A DNA stretch of 64,000 nt, taken from positions 30,444,001 through 30,508,000 of the forward strand of contig NC_058383.1 of NCBI RefSeq assembly GCF_018350175.1, read 5' to 3'. Position numbers and translations under genes: made by a program. The notes beneath the pieces were generated by a model that was not told the origin of the DNA, did not search any database, and saw nothing but the letters and a program-made list of their open reading frames with translations. Origin of the DNA: Felis catus (lineage: Eukaryota). Shown one piece after another: positions 47,973 to 61,463 of this stretch. Position 1 is the first letter of the stretch. Each line of letters begins with the position of its first letter.

Positions 47973-49999
47973 AAGAATAAAGGTGACTTCTGATTTCGTC
48001 TTTTTGCTTACCCAAACAGTCTAAATGTTTGGTGGTGAATATATATTACTTTAGGAATAAGAAGTGATACACAAATACACCTGGGTCTCCCCCGTAAAAC
48101 TGCCACGTACTCGTACAATGGAACCCATGGGATCTTCTAAATGCGCAAATACAACCATGTCACCTCTTACTTAGAATCATCCCATGGGATCCTACCAACC
48201 CCAGTTGCTCAAGCAATCTGAACTTCTGCCCACGTTGCCTGTCGCATGAGCTGCTGCCTCCCTCCGGGTGCTCTGTCGGTACCATTACTTGCCTGAGCTT
48301 GCAATGGCTCCGTGTCGTTGCGAAGTGTGGTCCCTTGTGCCTGCCAGCCCTTCCTGACCCCTCTTCTCCCGCTTTCCAGTCCAACACTGCCTTCCTGCAA
48401 ATCCATCCTTCAAGTATCAGTTTATCTTGTCACTTTTTCTCAAGGGGTCTCCATGGTCCTTCCGCCACTGTGCCAGACTGAGAAAAGATCCTAGCTCCTC
48501 AAGTTGAAAACAGTTCTCAGCAAGCCTGAGCCCCAAGGCTGCCTCTTCCCCAAGGCAATGACTGAGGAATAGGTCTTACCTATGTCTACATGGCCCATAT
48601 TAGGTCTTCTCTGAGAGTCTAGAATAAATCAATGAATCAAATATTCAATAAATCAATGTCCTAATGCCTCCTGATAGTTGAGAGAACTTGGAGCCAGGGG
48701 GCTTGGAGCCATCCCACCACTGGTGAACTTGGCATCCTCAGACCAATGACTTCATCTGTCTATACATCAGGTTCTACCAGCTGGGGCTCATCCTAGGTCT
48801 ATCGCAACGCCTCTTCATGGATATCAACCAATGTCTGGGAAACACCGCGGTAGCACAGAGGCATGATATAAACACTGGCCGTGCTCGTTCTATTTTTTTA
48901 GGCCTCATTTCAAATGCCACCTTCTCGAGAAGACATCTCCTGTCCCCCCATCTCAATCCCCGTGCCCTTATCACTTCCTAGAGTTGTATTATTTGTTTAT
49001 TGATTTACATATTCATTATTAGTATTCTCCACTAGCATATGAACCCTGACCTAGTAAATGGTGCCTTAAAAAACAGGTTTGGCACATAACAGGTGTTCAA
49101 TAAACATTTGTGAAAGCAAGAAAGAATTAGAAGGAGGAAGATGTCAATCTGCCTTGAAGGAGCCTGACTGGAGGGGACAGGAGACCTGGGAGGGCATCCT
49201 CACCTATAAATGGGTAAAACATCAAGAAGGATCTGCTGCAAACCAGCCAAAGGGACCTCTGGAAGATTCTCAACATTTTCAAGAAGGGGCTGGGCAGTGG
49301 GGCTGCCAGGAGACATTCACAGAGCCAGTGGAGACATGCAGGTTCTGCCTAAACAGGTCACAGTTAGTTCTCTGGAGGCCAAGGGATCATTTTAATGGAG
49401 TAAGTCCACCTTAGGGAGGCAGGGGCTGCCATTTCCCCACAATTGTGTGTTAATTATTTCCTGGCCTAAGGCATTCTATGTTAATTGCTCTCCATTGAAA
49501 AACCCCAAGTTTCTGTTTGTGTTGGCAAAAGCTAGGGGGAGGAAGGAGGAAGGATGTGTCATTAAAAAAAAGATTACTTAAATCCCCAAGAGGACACTGC
49601 CTCCGACCTTCCAGGGTAGACCAGTTACACAGACCCTTAGAATACCAAATAGCATCTTCAAATGCTGTGTTGATGGGTGTGTGTTCCTCTCCTCTGATTC
49701 TCAAGGAAAGAAATGTTTGGTCTTACTCTACTTCTCCATTTTTAGCCTCACGGTCCAAGCTCCCTAAAGTTTTCTGCTAAAGCTTACTCCTTCAGAGACA
49801 GTAGTAGAGGTCAGTAGCAAAGGCAGGGGGGTGGAAATCATGTGGGCAGAGAATTCTTCCCTAACCAGGGGAGAAATGGGACTATGGAGAACACACTGTT
49901 GGTGTCCCACCCAGATTGTCTTTAACAGACTGATACACACCATCTCCAACTGGTGTGGACACTGGCTAAAAGTTCACAGCTGATTCTTTTTCTCTTACA

Positions 50000-50250
50000 G
50001 CAGGAATCAGAAAACCACAGCCCATGGGCCAAGTCCAGCCCACCACCTGCCTTCATCAATAAAGTTGTATTGGAACACAGCCATGCCCATTCAACATTGA
50101 CCTTGTCTCTATGGCCCCTTCCCACCCCACCCCACCCCCACTCCCTCCACAAGTGCAGAGCTGAAGTGGTTACAACACAGACTGGGTGGCCGACAAAGTC
50201 TGAAATAGTCACTCTCTGGCCTTTTATGGAAAAAGTTTGCCAACGCCTAC
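50000..50250. mobile_element. MER58-like MITE
   Basis: cagcccatgggccaagtccagcc...aataaagttgtattggaacacagccatgcc...aaaagtttgccaacgcct. Confidence 0.85.
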
Positions 50251-50254
50251 TACA

Positions 50255-50582
50255 GAGCAATGTTATCCAACAGAGCCACAGATGCGAGCCATATATGTAA
50301 TTTCATTTTTTCTGACAGCCACATTGAAAAACATAAATAAAAGCAAACCAGTGAAATTAATCTTAATAATATATTTTCTTTAACCCACTGTATTCAAGGT
50401 GTTATCATTTTAACATGTAATTGAGTTGTAATCTATTTATGATATAGACGTCTACTTTTTCATGTGAAGCCTTCGAAAATCTGGTCTGTATTTTATCACA
50501 AGGTACATCACAAGGTAAGGTAAGACCAGCCACGTTCCGAGCACTTCATAGTCCTTCCCTACCATGTTGGGAAGGACTGCTC
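50255..50582. mobile_element. MER33/MER3-like MITE
   Basis: gagccatatatgtaattt...agccacatt...gtgaaattaatcttaataatatattt...ccagccacgtt. Confidence 0.8.
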
Positions 50583-50649
50583 TACAAAGTCTCCTCTGGG
50601 AGACTAGGAGACTCCTTACTCAAAGATTCTACACCTATCAAAAAACAGA

Positions 50650-51275
50650 AAGTACATATATTGGTCTCTGCCCCTGCTCCTGACAGAGAGCTCCTGAAAT
50701 CCTTATAATTTCCTAAATGATACGAGCACCAAGAGCATGTTTTTATTCTAATATATGGTCAGTGACCTTGGGTCCTGACACAGAGCTCCTGAGTCCCTCG
50801 AAATGTGATAGGAGTGTCTTTTGTTCTAAGGAGGCAATGCTTGGTGGCCTTCTGGATGGGAGCTGGTCACCAAAAAGACCAACTCATGACTAGAGGCTTG
50901 GAGTTTTCAGCCCCGTTCTCTACCCTCCAGGAAGGGGGCAGGGACTAAAAACTAAGTATCGATCGTGCCTACATGATCATGCGATCAAACCGCAAAAACA
51001 AAAGGTTCAGAGGGCTTCACACTGTTGCTGAACACACGAAGGTACTAGAAAGTCCATACTCCTTCCCATATGCTCTGCCCTATGGATCTCTTCCCTCTGA
51101 ATACTCATCTGTATCCTTTATCATATCCTTTTATAATAAACCGGTAAACAGAAGTAAGTGCTTCTCTGAGGTCTCTAAGCCATTTCAGCAAATTATCAAA
51201 CTCAAGGAGGGGGGTCCTGGGAAGCTTGACTTATAACTGGTTAATCAGAAGGCCAGGTGACACCCTAGACATCAC
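50650..51275 (+). mobile_element. ERV solo LTR, MER21-like
   Basis: Duplicated cctgaca.agagctcct motif, ctggtcaccaaaaagaccaa, tataataaaccggtaaac poly(A) signal region. Confidence 0.75.
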
Positions 51276-51844
51276 CCAGATGATGATCCTGATGATGAGA
51301 TTATCATCAGAGAGCAGCTCAAAAAAAAAAAAAAAGAGGCTTATGCCAGCATCCCCATCTAAGGCTCTGATTCTAGAAAACTTTTCTTAACATAGACAAT
51401 ATTTATTGAGTACCCATCATATGCCAGACACTTAATAACTGTTATCTTATCTCACTATACAGCTATGAGGTAGGAAATATTGGCCACATTTTAAAGATAA
51501 GGGACCTAACGTAGAGGAGTACGTTCAGCCACTCAATAACATATTGGGGGGCTCTTTCAAATTACCGTTACAACGGTACGTGGTAATATTTAAACACTTA
51601 TGGCATCATGTTGATTTGGAAAACATAAGATAAAAAGGCACTGTGTGAATACAAGTGTTTTTAAAATAGGACCATTTTTGAAAAGCCTGAAAGGAAATAG
51701 ACCACAGTGTTATCGATCTTACTTTGGGCAATTAGAATTAATGGCTGTTTATTTTTTTCAACTTCCTACCATTGTGTGCTTTCCACTTTTTCCAAAGTGC
51801 GTGGTGAGTACTTCTCCTCTGAAGAGACTGGCTTACCTTGAGAG

Positions 51845-52095
51845 CAGGGCAGTGTAACAGTAAAAGCGTTTCATTTGGTTTGGTTTGGGAAATAGTCAAA
51901 CCGGGGTTCGAATCCCAGCTCGGCCACTATCAAGCCCTATGACTTGAGTTAATGCCTCTAAATCTCAATTTTCATATCTGTAAAAGGGGCAGAGGGTGGC
52001 AATGAGATACATCCCATAGGGTTGTTGTGATAATCAAGTGAGATTTGGGGTTTAAAGTGCTCAGTGCAGTGCCTGGCACTAAGTAGGTCTTGGTG
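51845..52095 (+). mobile_element. MIR SINE
   Basis: gggttcgaatcccagctcggccact...catatctgtaaaagggg...cagtgcctggcac. Confidence 0.8.
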
Positions 52096-53059
52096 GATGG
52101 CAGACGCATAGATAGAGGCTGCCCAACCCCAAACGCCCCATGCTTCTATAGATCCCCATCATGATCTTCCAAATCCTCTCAAATCTGGTTGCCCCGCGAT
52201 CTGCAGCAAAAGCCATGATTGGCAATTTTGAGTCCAGGAACAGTCCCCACTCAGGGGGATCACGGTCGCTCCAATCTCTGCATATTGAGGCCACCAAGTC
52301 CCATTTCTCAGGGGAACCGGGCTCCCATCCCACAGCTGTGCACTAATACCTTCAAGGGGCAGACAGTTCTTTCCCCTTCTCCTTTATGTGATTAATGAGA
52401 CTTAAATTGGCCCAGTGATAGATGAGTTATCCTAAAGGCATCGAATATTTAAAACTGAATTCTCCTTTGACAAAAATAGTCCGTGGGTTGCAAGAGCTGC
52501 TGTCCTGACATCCCTGTTAGCTAGCACATGATGTCTACCGGTGCTGAGTGAATTCCTGCTACGCGTTCACCAGTATCAAGGACTGAGACACCCTTCTCTT
52601 TGCTGTTCCTATGAAGGCAATGTGTGTGCTCTACATCTTTATCTTAAGTGACCAGACTTGTTTATAGCTGCTCCAAATAATTACGTCTGAATGCATTTGC
52701 GCTTAGCACACCCCAGACCACACACTCCTCCGATTAAGGGTTTCTAAATGGAATTCTTCCCTGGAAATGAGCCTTAAGTGGATTTCTTCACTTAAACAAG
52801 CTCCTGTCCCAGATATCCACGCGGTCCTTGGAGAGAAGTTTCTAGACCATATCACGCTCCCTGGTGCAGTCTTCCACATTTTTCAGGGTGTATTTGCTTC
52901 CCCTGTACCTGCATTCACCTACTAGCCCTTGCAGATCTCCCAGATTCCTGACCACTACCCCACACCTCACCCATCCCCTAAGTCCCAGGGAAAAGTGACC
53001 TCCACCATGGGGCCACCCCAGATTACTCTGAGCAACTCAGTCCTCTCTGAACCCCTAGA

Positions 53060-53262
53060 CTAGGTACTGGGAAGAGTAAATGTTTTAGCTTTGAAGGCCG
53101 TATGGGTCTCTGTCACAATGACTCAACTCTACTGTTGTAGCACTGACAGCCGGAGACAATATGGGAATGAATGAGCATGGCTGTATTCTAATAAAACTTT
53201 ATTTACAAAAACAGTGGCAAGCAGGATTTGGCCCATGGGCTGTAGTCTCTGGACTCTTGCCC
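53060..53262. mobile_element. MER58A-like MITE
   Basis: gagtaaatgttttagctttg...actcaactct...ataaaactttatttacaaaaacag...ggatttggcccatgggctgtagt. Confidence 0.85.
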
Positions 53263-53289
53263 CAGTCTATGGACAGTGGCCATGCTAGT

Positions 53290-53675
53290 GCCTGACTCAG
53301 ATCATCTCTACCGGCTGCTAATGGCTCACGGCTGCCCCTTCTCCACCTTGGCTTCCAGAACCATCTCTCCTAGAAAGTTACTTTGCCCTGCGTCCACTCA
53401 GGGGAGCACCCACAGCCAACAAAGGGCTGACTGAAGTAAAGGTACAAAACGCCAGCCACTTGCCTCAAGGCAGCACCCCCTCTGTGATACAATTCATGCT
53501 CCAGATTTCCCTGTGGGATCAGGCTGAAACTCATCTCCCACCAAGGCCACATGCTCGCTTAGCTTTGTTCCTCTGCCTTATTCTGATTCCTCACCTGCCT
53601 TCTCCTCACTAAGGGAAACACTCCCAACCAAATCTGTGTCTTGGGCTTTACCTCTAGGAAATCAACCTGAGATAA
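53290..53675. mobile_element. ERVL LTR remnant, LTR16-like
   Basis: gcctcaaggcagcaccccctctgtgatacaattcatgctccaga; tctaggaaatcaacctgaga end. Confidence 0.55.
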
Positions 53676-54118
53676 GATGTTAAAACCCAAGCTGTATCGT
53701 CTTCTTCTCTTGGCTGTCTTATGCTCCCAAGGTGCATCTTTCCCAAGACCCTGAGAGCCTTGGAGGGTGGCGAATGCCAAGGAGGATGGCTCTTTGGGAC
53801 ATTTGTAGAGGACAAAGAATACAGAATCTGACAGACGTGGGCTCTGTCACCTTCCTGGAACATACGACAGTCAGAATAACAACAAACACAGTGAGAACAG
53901 TGGCGAGAGCAGGGAGCAGGTCTTGAGCAGCATGGCAGGCGCTATGCTGACTGCATCGTGTTAGTTACTTTGGCACCCACACAGGCACACACACACTATT
54001 GTTTGGAGGTTGTGTTGTCAGCCCGTTTGTAAATGAGGACACCCAGGCTCGGTGAGTACCCACATCACCCATTTCCCAGATAAGAACAACAATGGCTGCC
54101 TTGAAAAGCTGCTCTCAT

Positions 54119-54346
54119 GGGGCGCCTGGGTGGCTCGGTCGGTTAAGCGTCCGACCTCGGCTCAGGTCATGATCTCGCGGTCCGTGAGTTCGAGCCCCGC
54201 GTCGGGCTCTGTGCTGACGGCTCAGAGCCTGGAGCCTGTTTCAGATTCTGTGTCTCTCTCTCTCTGACCCTCCCCCGTTCATGCTCTGTCTCCCTCTGTC
54301 TCAAAAATAAATAAACGTTAAAAAAAAAATTTTTTTTTAAAAAAAA
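54119..54346 (+). mobile_element. Felid Can-SINE
   Basis: TSD gaaaagctgctctcat/gaaaagctgctatcat. Confidence 0.95.
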
Positions 54347-54769
54347 GAAAAGCTGCTATCATCATTTACGCAAAGGTCAAAGTGCCCAGTAACCAGCGGA
54401 TTCTCCAAAAACATTTCGCTTTATTATCAGGTCTTGTTATTAGTTGGCTGGTATGCCCACAGTTGACGGGTTTTTTTTTTTTTTTTTTACCTGACTTGAT
54501 CCTTTTTCCAGCACCTCGCTCTGCCCATTTTTACCCCACCCCCCCCAACCCCGAGCTTTCCATTTTTAATAGGACGAGGAACTCTAACATGAGAAAATCA
54601 AGCTCTGTCATGAGCTTCAAGGCAGTCTAACCTCCCCACTCAGGCCCCCTCCTGTGGACCAAAGATTCTTGCCCCCCACCAATAATCAGAATATGCTGCA
54701 ATAAGAGGATGACTGCATCACATCTACTCACTAATGTATCCAACAGATATTTAATGAGTGCCCACGTAT

Positions 54770-55052
54770 CTGCCAGCTTCCAAGATGGCCTCCAGTGATT
54801 CTCACATCCTGTGATTCACACTATCACCAAGAGTACGCCATCTTGAAAGTGGATCCTCCTGAGCTAATCAGATGATGGCAGCCCCAGCCAGCATCTTGAC
54901 TGTGATCTCAGGACAGGCCCTGGGCCAGAACCTTCTGGTCAGGCCAGTCCCCAATTCCTGACCCACAGAAACCATGGGAGATAATAAACGATTGTTATTG
55001 TCTTAAGCCATCAACTGGGGTGATTTGTTACGTGGCATTAAACAACTAATAT
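54770..55052 (+). mobile_element. MaLR solo LTR (MLT1F/G-like, internally deleted)
   Basis: ccaagatggcctccagtgattctcac...ttcctgacccacagaaacc...ttaagcca...tttgttac...aactaata. Confidence 0.8.
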
Positions 55053-55098
55053 GGTACTCACTGGAATATTACATAGCAGTTTAAAATAATGTTTGTGA

Positions 55099-55298
55099 GG
55101 GGCACCTGGGTGGCTCAGTTGGTTAAGCATCCGACTTCAGCTAAGGTCATGATCCATGCTTTGTGAGTTCGAGCCCTGTGCTGGGCTCTGTGCTGACAGC
55201 TCAGAGCCTGCTTTGGATCCTCTGTCTCCCCTCTCTCTCTCTCTGCCCCTCCCCACACACTCTCTCTCTCTCTCAAATAAATAAACAGTAAGAAAAAA
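55099..55298 (+). mobile_element. Can-SINE
   Basis: Head, B box, CT tract, tail. Confidence 0.93.
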
Positions 55299-56171
55299 GA
55301 TGTCAAGAGTATCAAGGTTGAGAGACCCTGTAAGAGAGGAAGGAGAAGGGAGAATGGCAAAAACCAAATCGAGAATTTTGAGATGTGAAACCTGGGCTAG
55401 CGCCTTCCTCTTCTGCTTTGGTTCTCCACTTGGGACATGGTCTTGACCTTATCATGACTCCCTCATCAACATCCACAAAAGGAAGTGGGGTCATTTTTTA
55501 AATAGGCACGCCCATCACAGAATGGAAGTCTGAAGGAAGTCGAAGACAAGCTTTACCACTCGAACACATTCCACAGCTCAGTTTGGTGCTGGGTTTGCCG
55601 ACTCTTCTCTCTGCCAAGCCCACCCCCTTTTTGTAAGGAAAGATGTGTTGATGTGTCTTTTCAGTCATTTTACACATCTTATCATTTACTTATTCCACCT
55701 CATTTCACAAAGGGTTTGAGGCAGCCAAGTAGATATAAACAAACAATCATACACCCAAACCAGGAGCAATACAGATTAGAATAAGGGGTGTGGAGGGTTT
55801 TTCGTTAAGGTGGTTGTCTGTTTGGAAACTTTTCTCTTGAAGAACTCCCCATCAAATACGCCCTGTACACAAACACACACCTGCTCCACGGGGATCCTGT
55901 TCGTCTGTGAGATCTGGATGTATTTGACTCTTCCCACGGCCAGAGTGAACACGCGATCCCAGAGTGACCTGTCAGAGCACCGCTCCGCCTGGTCAACGTG
56001 ATTGGTGCAGGGACCGGCATGCTATCAGAGACTAATCACAGACCTCTCCAAGGTTCTTTCCAACCTTGTGGAGAACTCCAGCTGTCCCATTCTCTGGGGT
56101 CTGGAAGTTAAGGACAATGCTGCATTAGGACTGCCAGCCCAGGAAAAGAGCCTGTCTTAAAATTAAGACAA

Positions 56172-56402
56172 GGGGGCGCGTGGGTGGCCCAGTAGGTTAA
56201 GCATCCGACTTCGGCTCAAGTCATGATCTCGCAGTTCTCAGGTTTGAGTCCCACAGTGGGCTCTGTGCTGACAGCTCAGAACCTGGAGCCTGATTTGGAT
56301 TCTCTGTCTCCTTCTCTCTGTCCCTCCCCTACTCATGTTCTGTCTCTCTCTCTCTCTCTCTCCCTCTCTCTCTCGCCTTCAAAAATAAATAAACATTAAA
56401 AA
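56172..56402 (+). mobile_element. Can-SINE
   Basis: Head, CT tract, tail; outer TSD aattaagacaaggg/aattaagatgaggg spans this and the next SINE. Confidence 0.93.
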
Positions 56403-56403
56403 G

Positions 56404-56632
56404 GGGAGGACGGTAGCCTGGGTGGCTCAGTCAGTTAAGCATCCAACCCCAGCTCAGGTCATGATCTCAGGGTTCGTGAGTTCAAGCCCCACGTCAAGCT
56501 CTGGGCTGACAGCTCAGAGCCTGGAGCCTGCTTCAGATTCTGTCTGTTTCTCTCTCTATCTCTCTCTCTGCCCCATGCCTGCTCATACTCTCTTTTTCTC
56601 TCAAAAATAAATAAACATTAAAAAAATTTTTT
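56404..56632 (+). mobile_element. Can-SINE nested in tandem
   Basis: gcctgggtggctcagtc head, CT tract, tail. Confidence 0.92.
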
Positions 56633-58145
56633 TAATTAAGATGAGGGAACACACAAAGTCTACAGATGGAGAGAAAGGGCTCTGAGAACACCTGTTGAAA
56701 CCCAGTGATGTCTGAAGGTCAGTGACGTGGTCCACTGAATCTGTTTGCTTGCATTCAGTTTCTGTCACTAGAATGTAAAAGATCCTGACGCAGTCCAGGC
56801 ACATAGCAAGATGAGGGAAAAATGGAAACCAGAGAACAGGAGATGAGAATCGATGCAGGTTTGAATTTGGTTGCCTTTGTGGGTCAAGGAAGGTTAGGGT
56901 GACCAGGTACATCGTTCTCCGTAGGTTTGCCGAGAATATTCGAGCTCCTTAGGAAACGCCAAGCTTTCTCCTAGCACCAGCTTCTCAAAACACAATGGGC
57001 TTTGTAGAAGGAAATGCTGAGATACAGAGGATGTCCCCTTCGGCGCACACCCTTCAGCAAATATAATCATGGGATCTACAAAGCTGTTGCCCAGACTCTG
57101 TTGCAAATCCTGAGGAACACCCCCCACCCACCCTCCGACCCGCCGCCTTACAGGGTTGGTCAGCTTGATTCTGTGGGATCAGGAGAAAGGCAACATGATC
57201 CAACTCTGCACAATCCTGAAGATTCTCTCCACCGGTGAACGTTCCTAGAGCCAGTTCTAGAACACTGTAGCCACTAACAATTCTCAGCCTGTTCTGCCCT
57301 TTCCTGCTTGGAAATCAGCTTACTTGTACCAGCTCCTGAAGGTTCTGCCCTCCCCTACTGAGAAGGGAAGCTCAAGAGAGTTAGAATCTCCCGTCCTTCA
57401 GCCCCAAGGAAGATGGCAGCAAGGTGTGTGGAGACGTCAGGGGCGCCACCCTCAAGAGCCTCCCTTGTCCTCACCTTCTGTCCCCAGGATTAATGCAAGC
57501 TGTTAGGATCTCACGCTACCAGCAGGCTGTCACTGCACTAGGGATCTCAAATGGCTCCAGCCCAAGTCACAGATTGTTCCAGAGTCTTTGTCCTTGCAAA
57601 GAAAAAGGAGTAAAGCCATCGTGCCCCTAAACTTGTCCTGGAGCAGTAATGCTTTGACAAAGCCTAGTCTGACCATGTGCCATACTCGAGTTCCATGGAC
57701 AAAGGCAGGTCTGGAGCAGAGTATCCCAACACAACACTCGGGAAGACAAGGTGTGTTTGTTTTGTCTGTTGTTGCTGCTGCCTTGGAACCGTGCCAATGG
57801 TTTTACACACGGTATTTCGTTTAATCTTCATGGCAATCCAAGGAACCAGCCGTAACACCATCACTTCCTGTGGCAGGAGGGAGAGGATATGCACTTGGCC
57901 CCAGGTCACACCACAGGTAAGAGGCACAGCCCACGAGTCTGGACCCACGTCTAAGGGACCCCAAAGCCCACGCTCCGGTCTCTGCCTCAGACCCTGACAG
58001 GTGGACACCATGGAACCACAAGTGGGCAGAAGAACCCCCTGCCCCAGGCCTTCATTAACAAAAAATGCCTTCCTTACCAGAGCCATGTATGAGCCACACC
58101 GTTAAAATAGGATATCTGGGGGGGGGGGGGGGGGGGGGGGGGGGA

Positions 58146-58345
58146 GGGGGCACCTGGGCAGCTCAGTCAGTTAAGCACCCGACTCTTGATTTCAGCTCAG
58201 GTCATGATCTCACAGTTCACGGGACGGAGCCCCACGTCAGGCTCTGCGCTGACGGCCCAGAGCCTGCTTGGGGTTCTCTCTGCCCCTCCCCTGCTGGCTG
58301 TGCTCACTCCCTGCCTCTTCAATAAATAAAACTTTAAAAAAATTA
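58146..58345 (+). mobile_element. Can-SINE preceded by a long G run
   Basis: TSD aaaataggatatctggg/aaaataagctatctggg. Confidence 0.92.
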
Positions 58346-58844
58346 AAATAAGCTATCTGGGAGGAGTCGACCTTTGGTTGAGTATCTACCCCTTATACCA
58401 GAGTCCAAATCAGTGAGCTGAATACTTGGGGCTCTTAAGACAGTGTTTCTCAAAATACGGTCCAGGAACATCTATACCAGCATCACCTGGCAGAAGGGCA
58501 AGCTTGTTAAATGGCCATGCGTCCCAGGCTCACCCCCAGACTTGCTCTCTCAACATCTCTGCCCCGAGAGAATGAGGCTCCGCTGACAGACCTTGTATGC
58601 ACAAGACCGTGTTCCACGCCGGGCATATGCTAGGAACCTTATCATTTCTATCATTCCTGTGATGCTTCATCCAATACCACCAAGAGGGCAGGGAGAGGCA
58701 GGAGAAGGGGGAGGCGGGGTGAGAAACGTTGATGGAGTGGGGAAAACACCAACCAGATTTAGGGATTCAAATCCCAACATAGCCACTTAGACGGAGTGAT
58801 TACCTCCCTGAGCATGTTTCCCACACACTCTTCAACATCCACAG

Positions 58845-59435
58845 TTACAGGCTGTTTGGGTGTCCCCTGACCCCCACAACTCATACGTTAAAGCCCCAAC
58901 CCCCAAGGCGACTGTATCGGGAGACAGGGCCCGTGAGGAGGTGATAAAAGTTGGGGCGCCTGGGTGGCACAGTCAGTTAAGCGTCCGACTTCAGCCAGGT
59001 CACGATCTCGTAGTCCGTGAGTTCGAGCCCCGCGTCAGGCTCTGGGCTGATGGCTCAGAGCCTGGAGCCTGTTTCCGATTCTGTGTCTCCCTCTCTCTCT
59101 GCCCCTCCCCCGTTCATGCTCTGTCTCTCTCTGTCCCAAAATAAATAAAAAACGTTGAAAAAAAAAGCTAAATGAGGCCACAAGGGTGGGGCCCTAATCA
59201 GATAGCACTGACACCCTTTTAAAAAGAAGTAGACACGGCAGACAGCTGTCCTCCAAGTGAAGACACAGCAAGCAGGCAGGTATGGGCAAGCCGGGATGAG
59301 AATTCTCAGCAGGAGCCAAATGGACTAGACCTTGATCTTGGACTTCCCAGCCTCCAAAACAGTGAGAAATAATTTTCTGTTGTTGAAGCCAGGGAGTCTG
59401 CGGTATTTTGTTACAGTAGCCCGAGTGGCCTGAGC
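58845..59435 (+). mobile_element. MaLR solo LTR (MLT1B-like) split by a SINE
   Basis: tgtccc...ctcatacgttaaagccccaacccc...|aatgaggccacaagggtggggccctaatc...cttgatcttggacttcccagcctcca...tttgttacagtagcc. Confidence 0.88.
58953..59165 (+). mobile_element. Young felid Can-SINE inserted in the LTR
   Basis: Near-consensus copy; the LTR sequence resumes directly afterwards. Confidence 0.96.
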
Positions 59436-59676
59436 GGACATGTACCATTAAGTGAGATAAACAAAGTGCAAGGCTGTTTATAAATGTTAATAAATATGTA
59501 GAGCATCTTTGGGAGAACAGACAGTAAAACTTGTTACAGTGGTGGCCTCTGAAGAGAACAGGGGACACCTAGTGCTTCCTTTACACCCTTTCTACCACTT
59601 GATTTTTTACTCCGTATACGTATTGACCTATTCAGACAGAGAAATACATTAATGTTTCAAATGCATTCTAAGTACA

Positions 59677-59870
59677 GGCGCCTGCGTGGCTCAGTCGGTT
59701 AAGCCTCCGACTCTGGATTTTGGCTCGAGTGGTGATCTCACGGTTGGTGAGATGAAGCCTGACACTTGAGATTCTCTCTCTCTCCTTCTCCCTCGCGCCC
59801 CCCTCCCCTCCCATGTTGGCTCGCATTCTTTCTAAAATAAGATTTAAAAAATAAATACATACATACATGC
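59677..59870 (+). mobile_element. Can-SINE with internal deletion
   Basis: ggcgcctgcgtggctcagtcggttaag head; TSD aatgcattcta/aatgcactcta. Confidence 0.88.
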
Positions 59871-61242
59871 AAAATAATGCACTCTATGTCAACGGGCAGA
59901 GGACACTGCCCAGAGACCTAGGGAAGCTGTCCTTCGGGGAAATCCCCAGCTACACAAACCATCTGAGAATCAATCCCTGAAATGTCAAGAAATACACAAG
60001 GCAAGGGCAGTGGAGGGGGCGGGGAGGGGCTGGGGTTCACGGGAGGCCCGGCTAACTGTATGAGGGTACCCGGCCGTATTTTCTGTTCCACCTTATAATA
60101 GTGACCCTAGAAGAGACGTCTTTGGGGCTACGGGACAGATAAATGAGCCCCGCTACTTTCCAGCCAGTCCACACTGTGCCAAGGGGAGGGCAGGTCAGCA
60201 GACAGGCACTTACATGGCATTAGCTTGGATTCACAGAACTACACACTGGAGTCCCTTCTGGGGCAGGGGTCTGGGGCCAGAGGGAGCAGCTAAAGTCACG
60301 TTCAGCCAGCATCACCCACCGTGCCTGTTTCTCAGATCGAGCACCAGATGAAGGAACTGGCTTGTGTTTCGGGGCCAAGTTCTATGAAAAATGCATATCT
60401 TTAAATGCTAGAATCACACTCAGGAGAAGCTCGTGGGAAGTGAGTCTGTCTGAGGCAAAAGCAGGCTCACGTCTCCCATCTACTTTCGGCATATGCTCAT
60501 TGTGTGGAGTGATGACCAGAAATACCGACATTATTTAAGTCACCCTCTCACTCTCTCCCTCTGGCTCCCCTCTCCCATTCACTTCTCCCCATCCCTGACC
60601 TGAGAGCACAGAATTGAATCCACACAGCTTAGAGGTACCTATGCCTGACTCTCCTCCCGAGTAAGGTAAGAAAACGTGGCAATGGACTGGCCTGCCCCTC
60701 CTCCAACCATGGAAACTTAGAGAATTGTTATATTCAGATCTCAACTGCTCAAGCATCCCGTTTCCTAGCAACCCTCCAAACGCTTTGGTGCAGGATTGGA
60801 AGGAGGACTCCCAGGCTGCGGTGATGGCTCTCATCAAGGAGGCCTGCCTGAAAGCGAAAGGGATCGCCTCGGGAGGTAAGGAGCTTACCACCAAAGCGGG
60901 TGATTAAGTAGGGCCAAGTTAACTTTCATCCAGCGGCATTCTTCAAAGTTAGCTCTCCAGATGTTATCTCCTCTGTACATCCGTAATCATCAGATGAAAA
61001 GATGTTTCTCCTAGATCTAACGGTTTGAAAAGCATTGACCTGAATGCCATCGAAAATGGCTTCATTGTGTGTATTCTCCCAGTCTTCAACGTGTTACTAT
61101 GTTTCTGAAAATCTCCAAGAGGCAGGAGAGCATGGAGGTATTCCCAAATTTATTTGGCCAAGAAACTCTCATTTTGTAGAACATCTCAGAGGACTAGTGT
61201 TCAGGGAAACACCCACTGGGAAGCACTATTAGAAGGACATCA

Positions 61243-61406
61243 GGGGCGCCTGGGTGGCTCAGTCAGTTCGGCTCAGGTCATGATCTCACAGGTCGTGGGT
61301 CCGAGCCCCGCGTCAGGCTCTGGGCTGATGGCTCGGAGCCTGGAGCCTGCTTCGGATTCTGTGTCTCCCTCTCTCTCTCTGCCCCTCCCCCGCTTATGCT
61401 CGCGCG

Positions 61407-61444
<38 letters not shown>

Positions 61445-61463
61445 AAAATTGTTACATAAAAAA
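61243..61463 (+). mobile_element. Felid Can-SINE with a short deletion in the head
   Basis: gctcagtcagttcggctcagg lacks the aagcgtccgac segment; TSD aaggacat. Confidence 0.93.
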
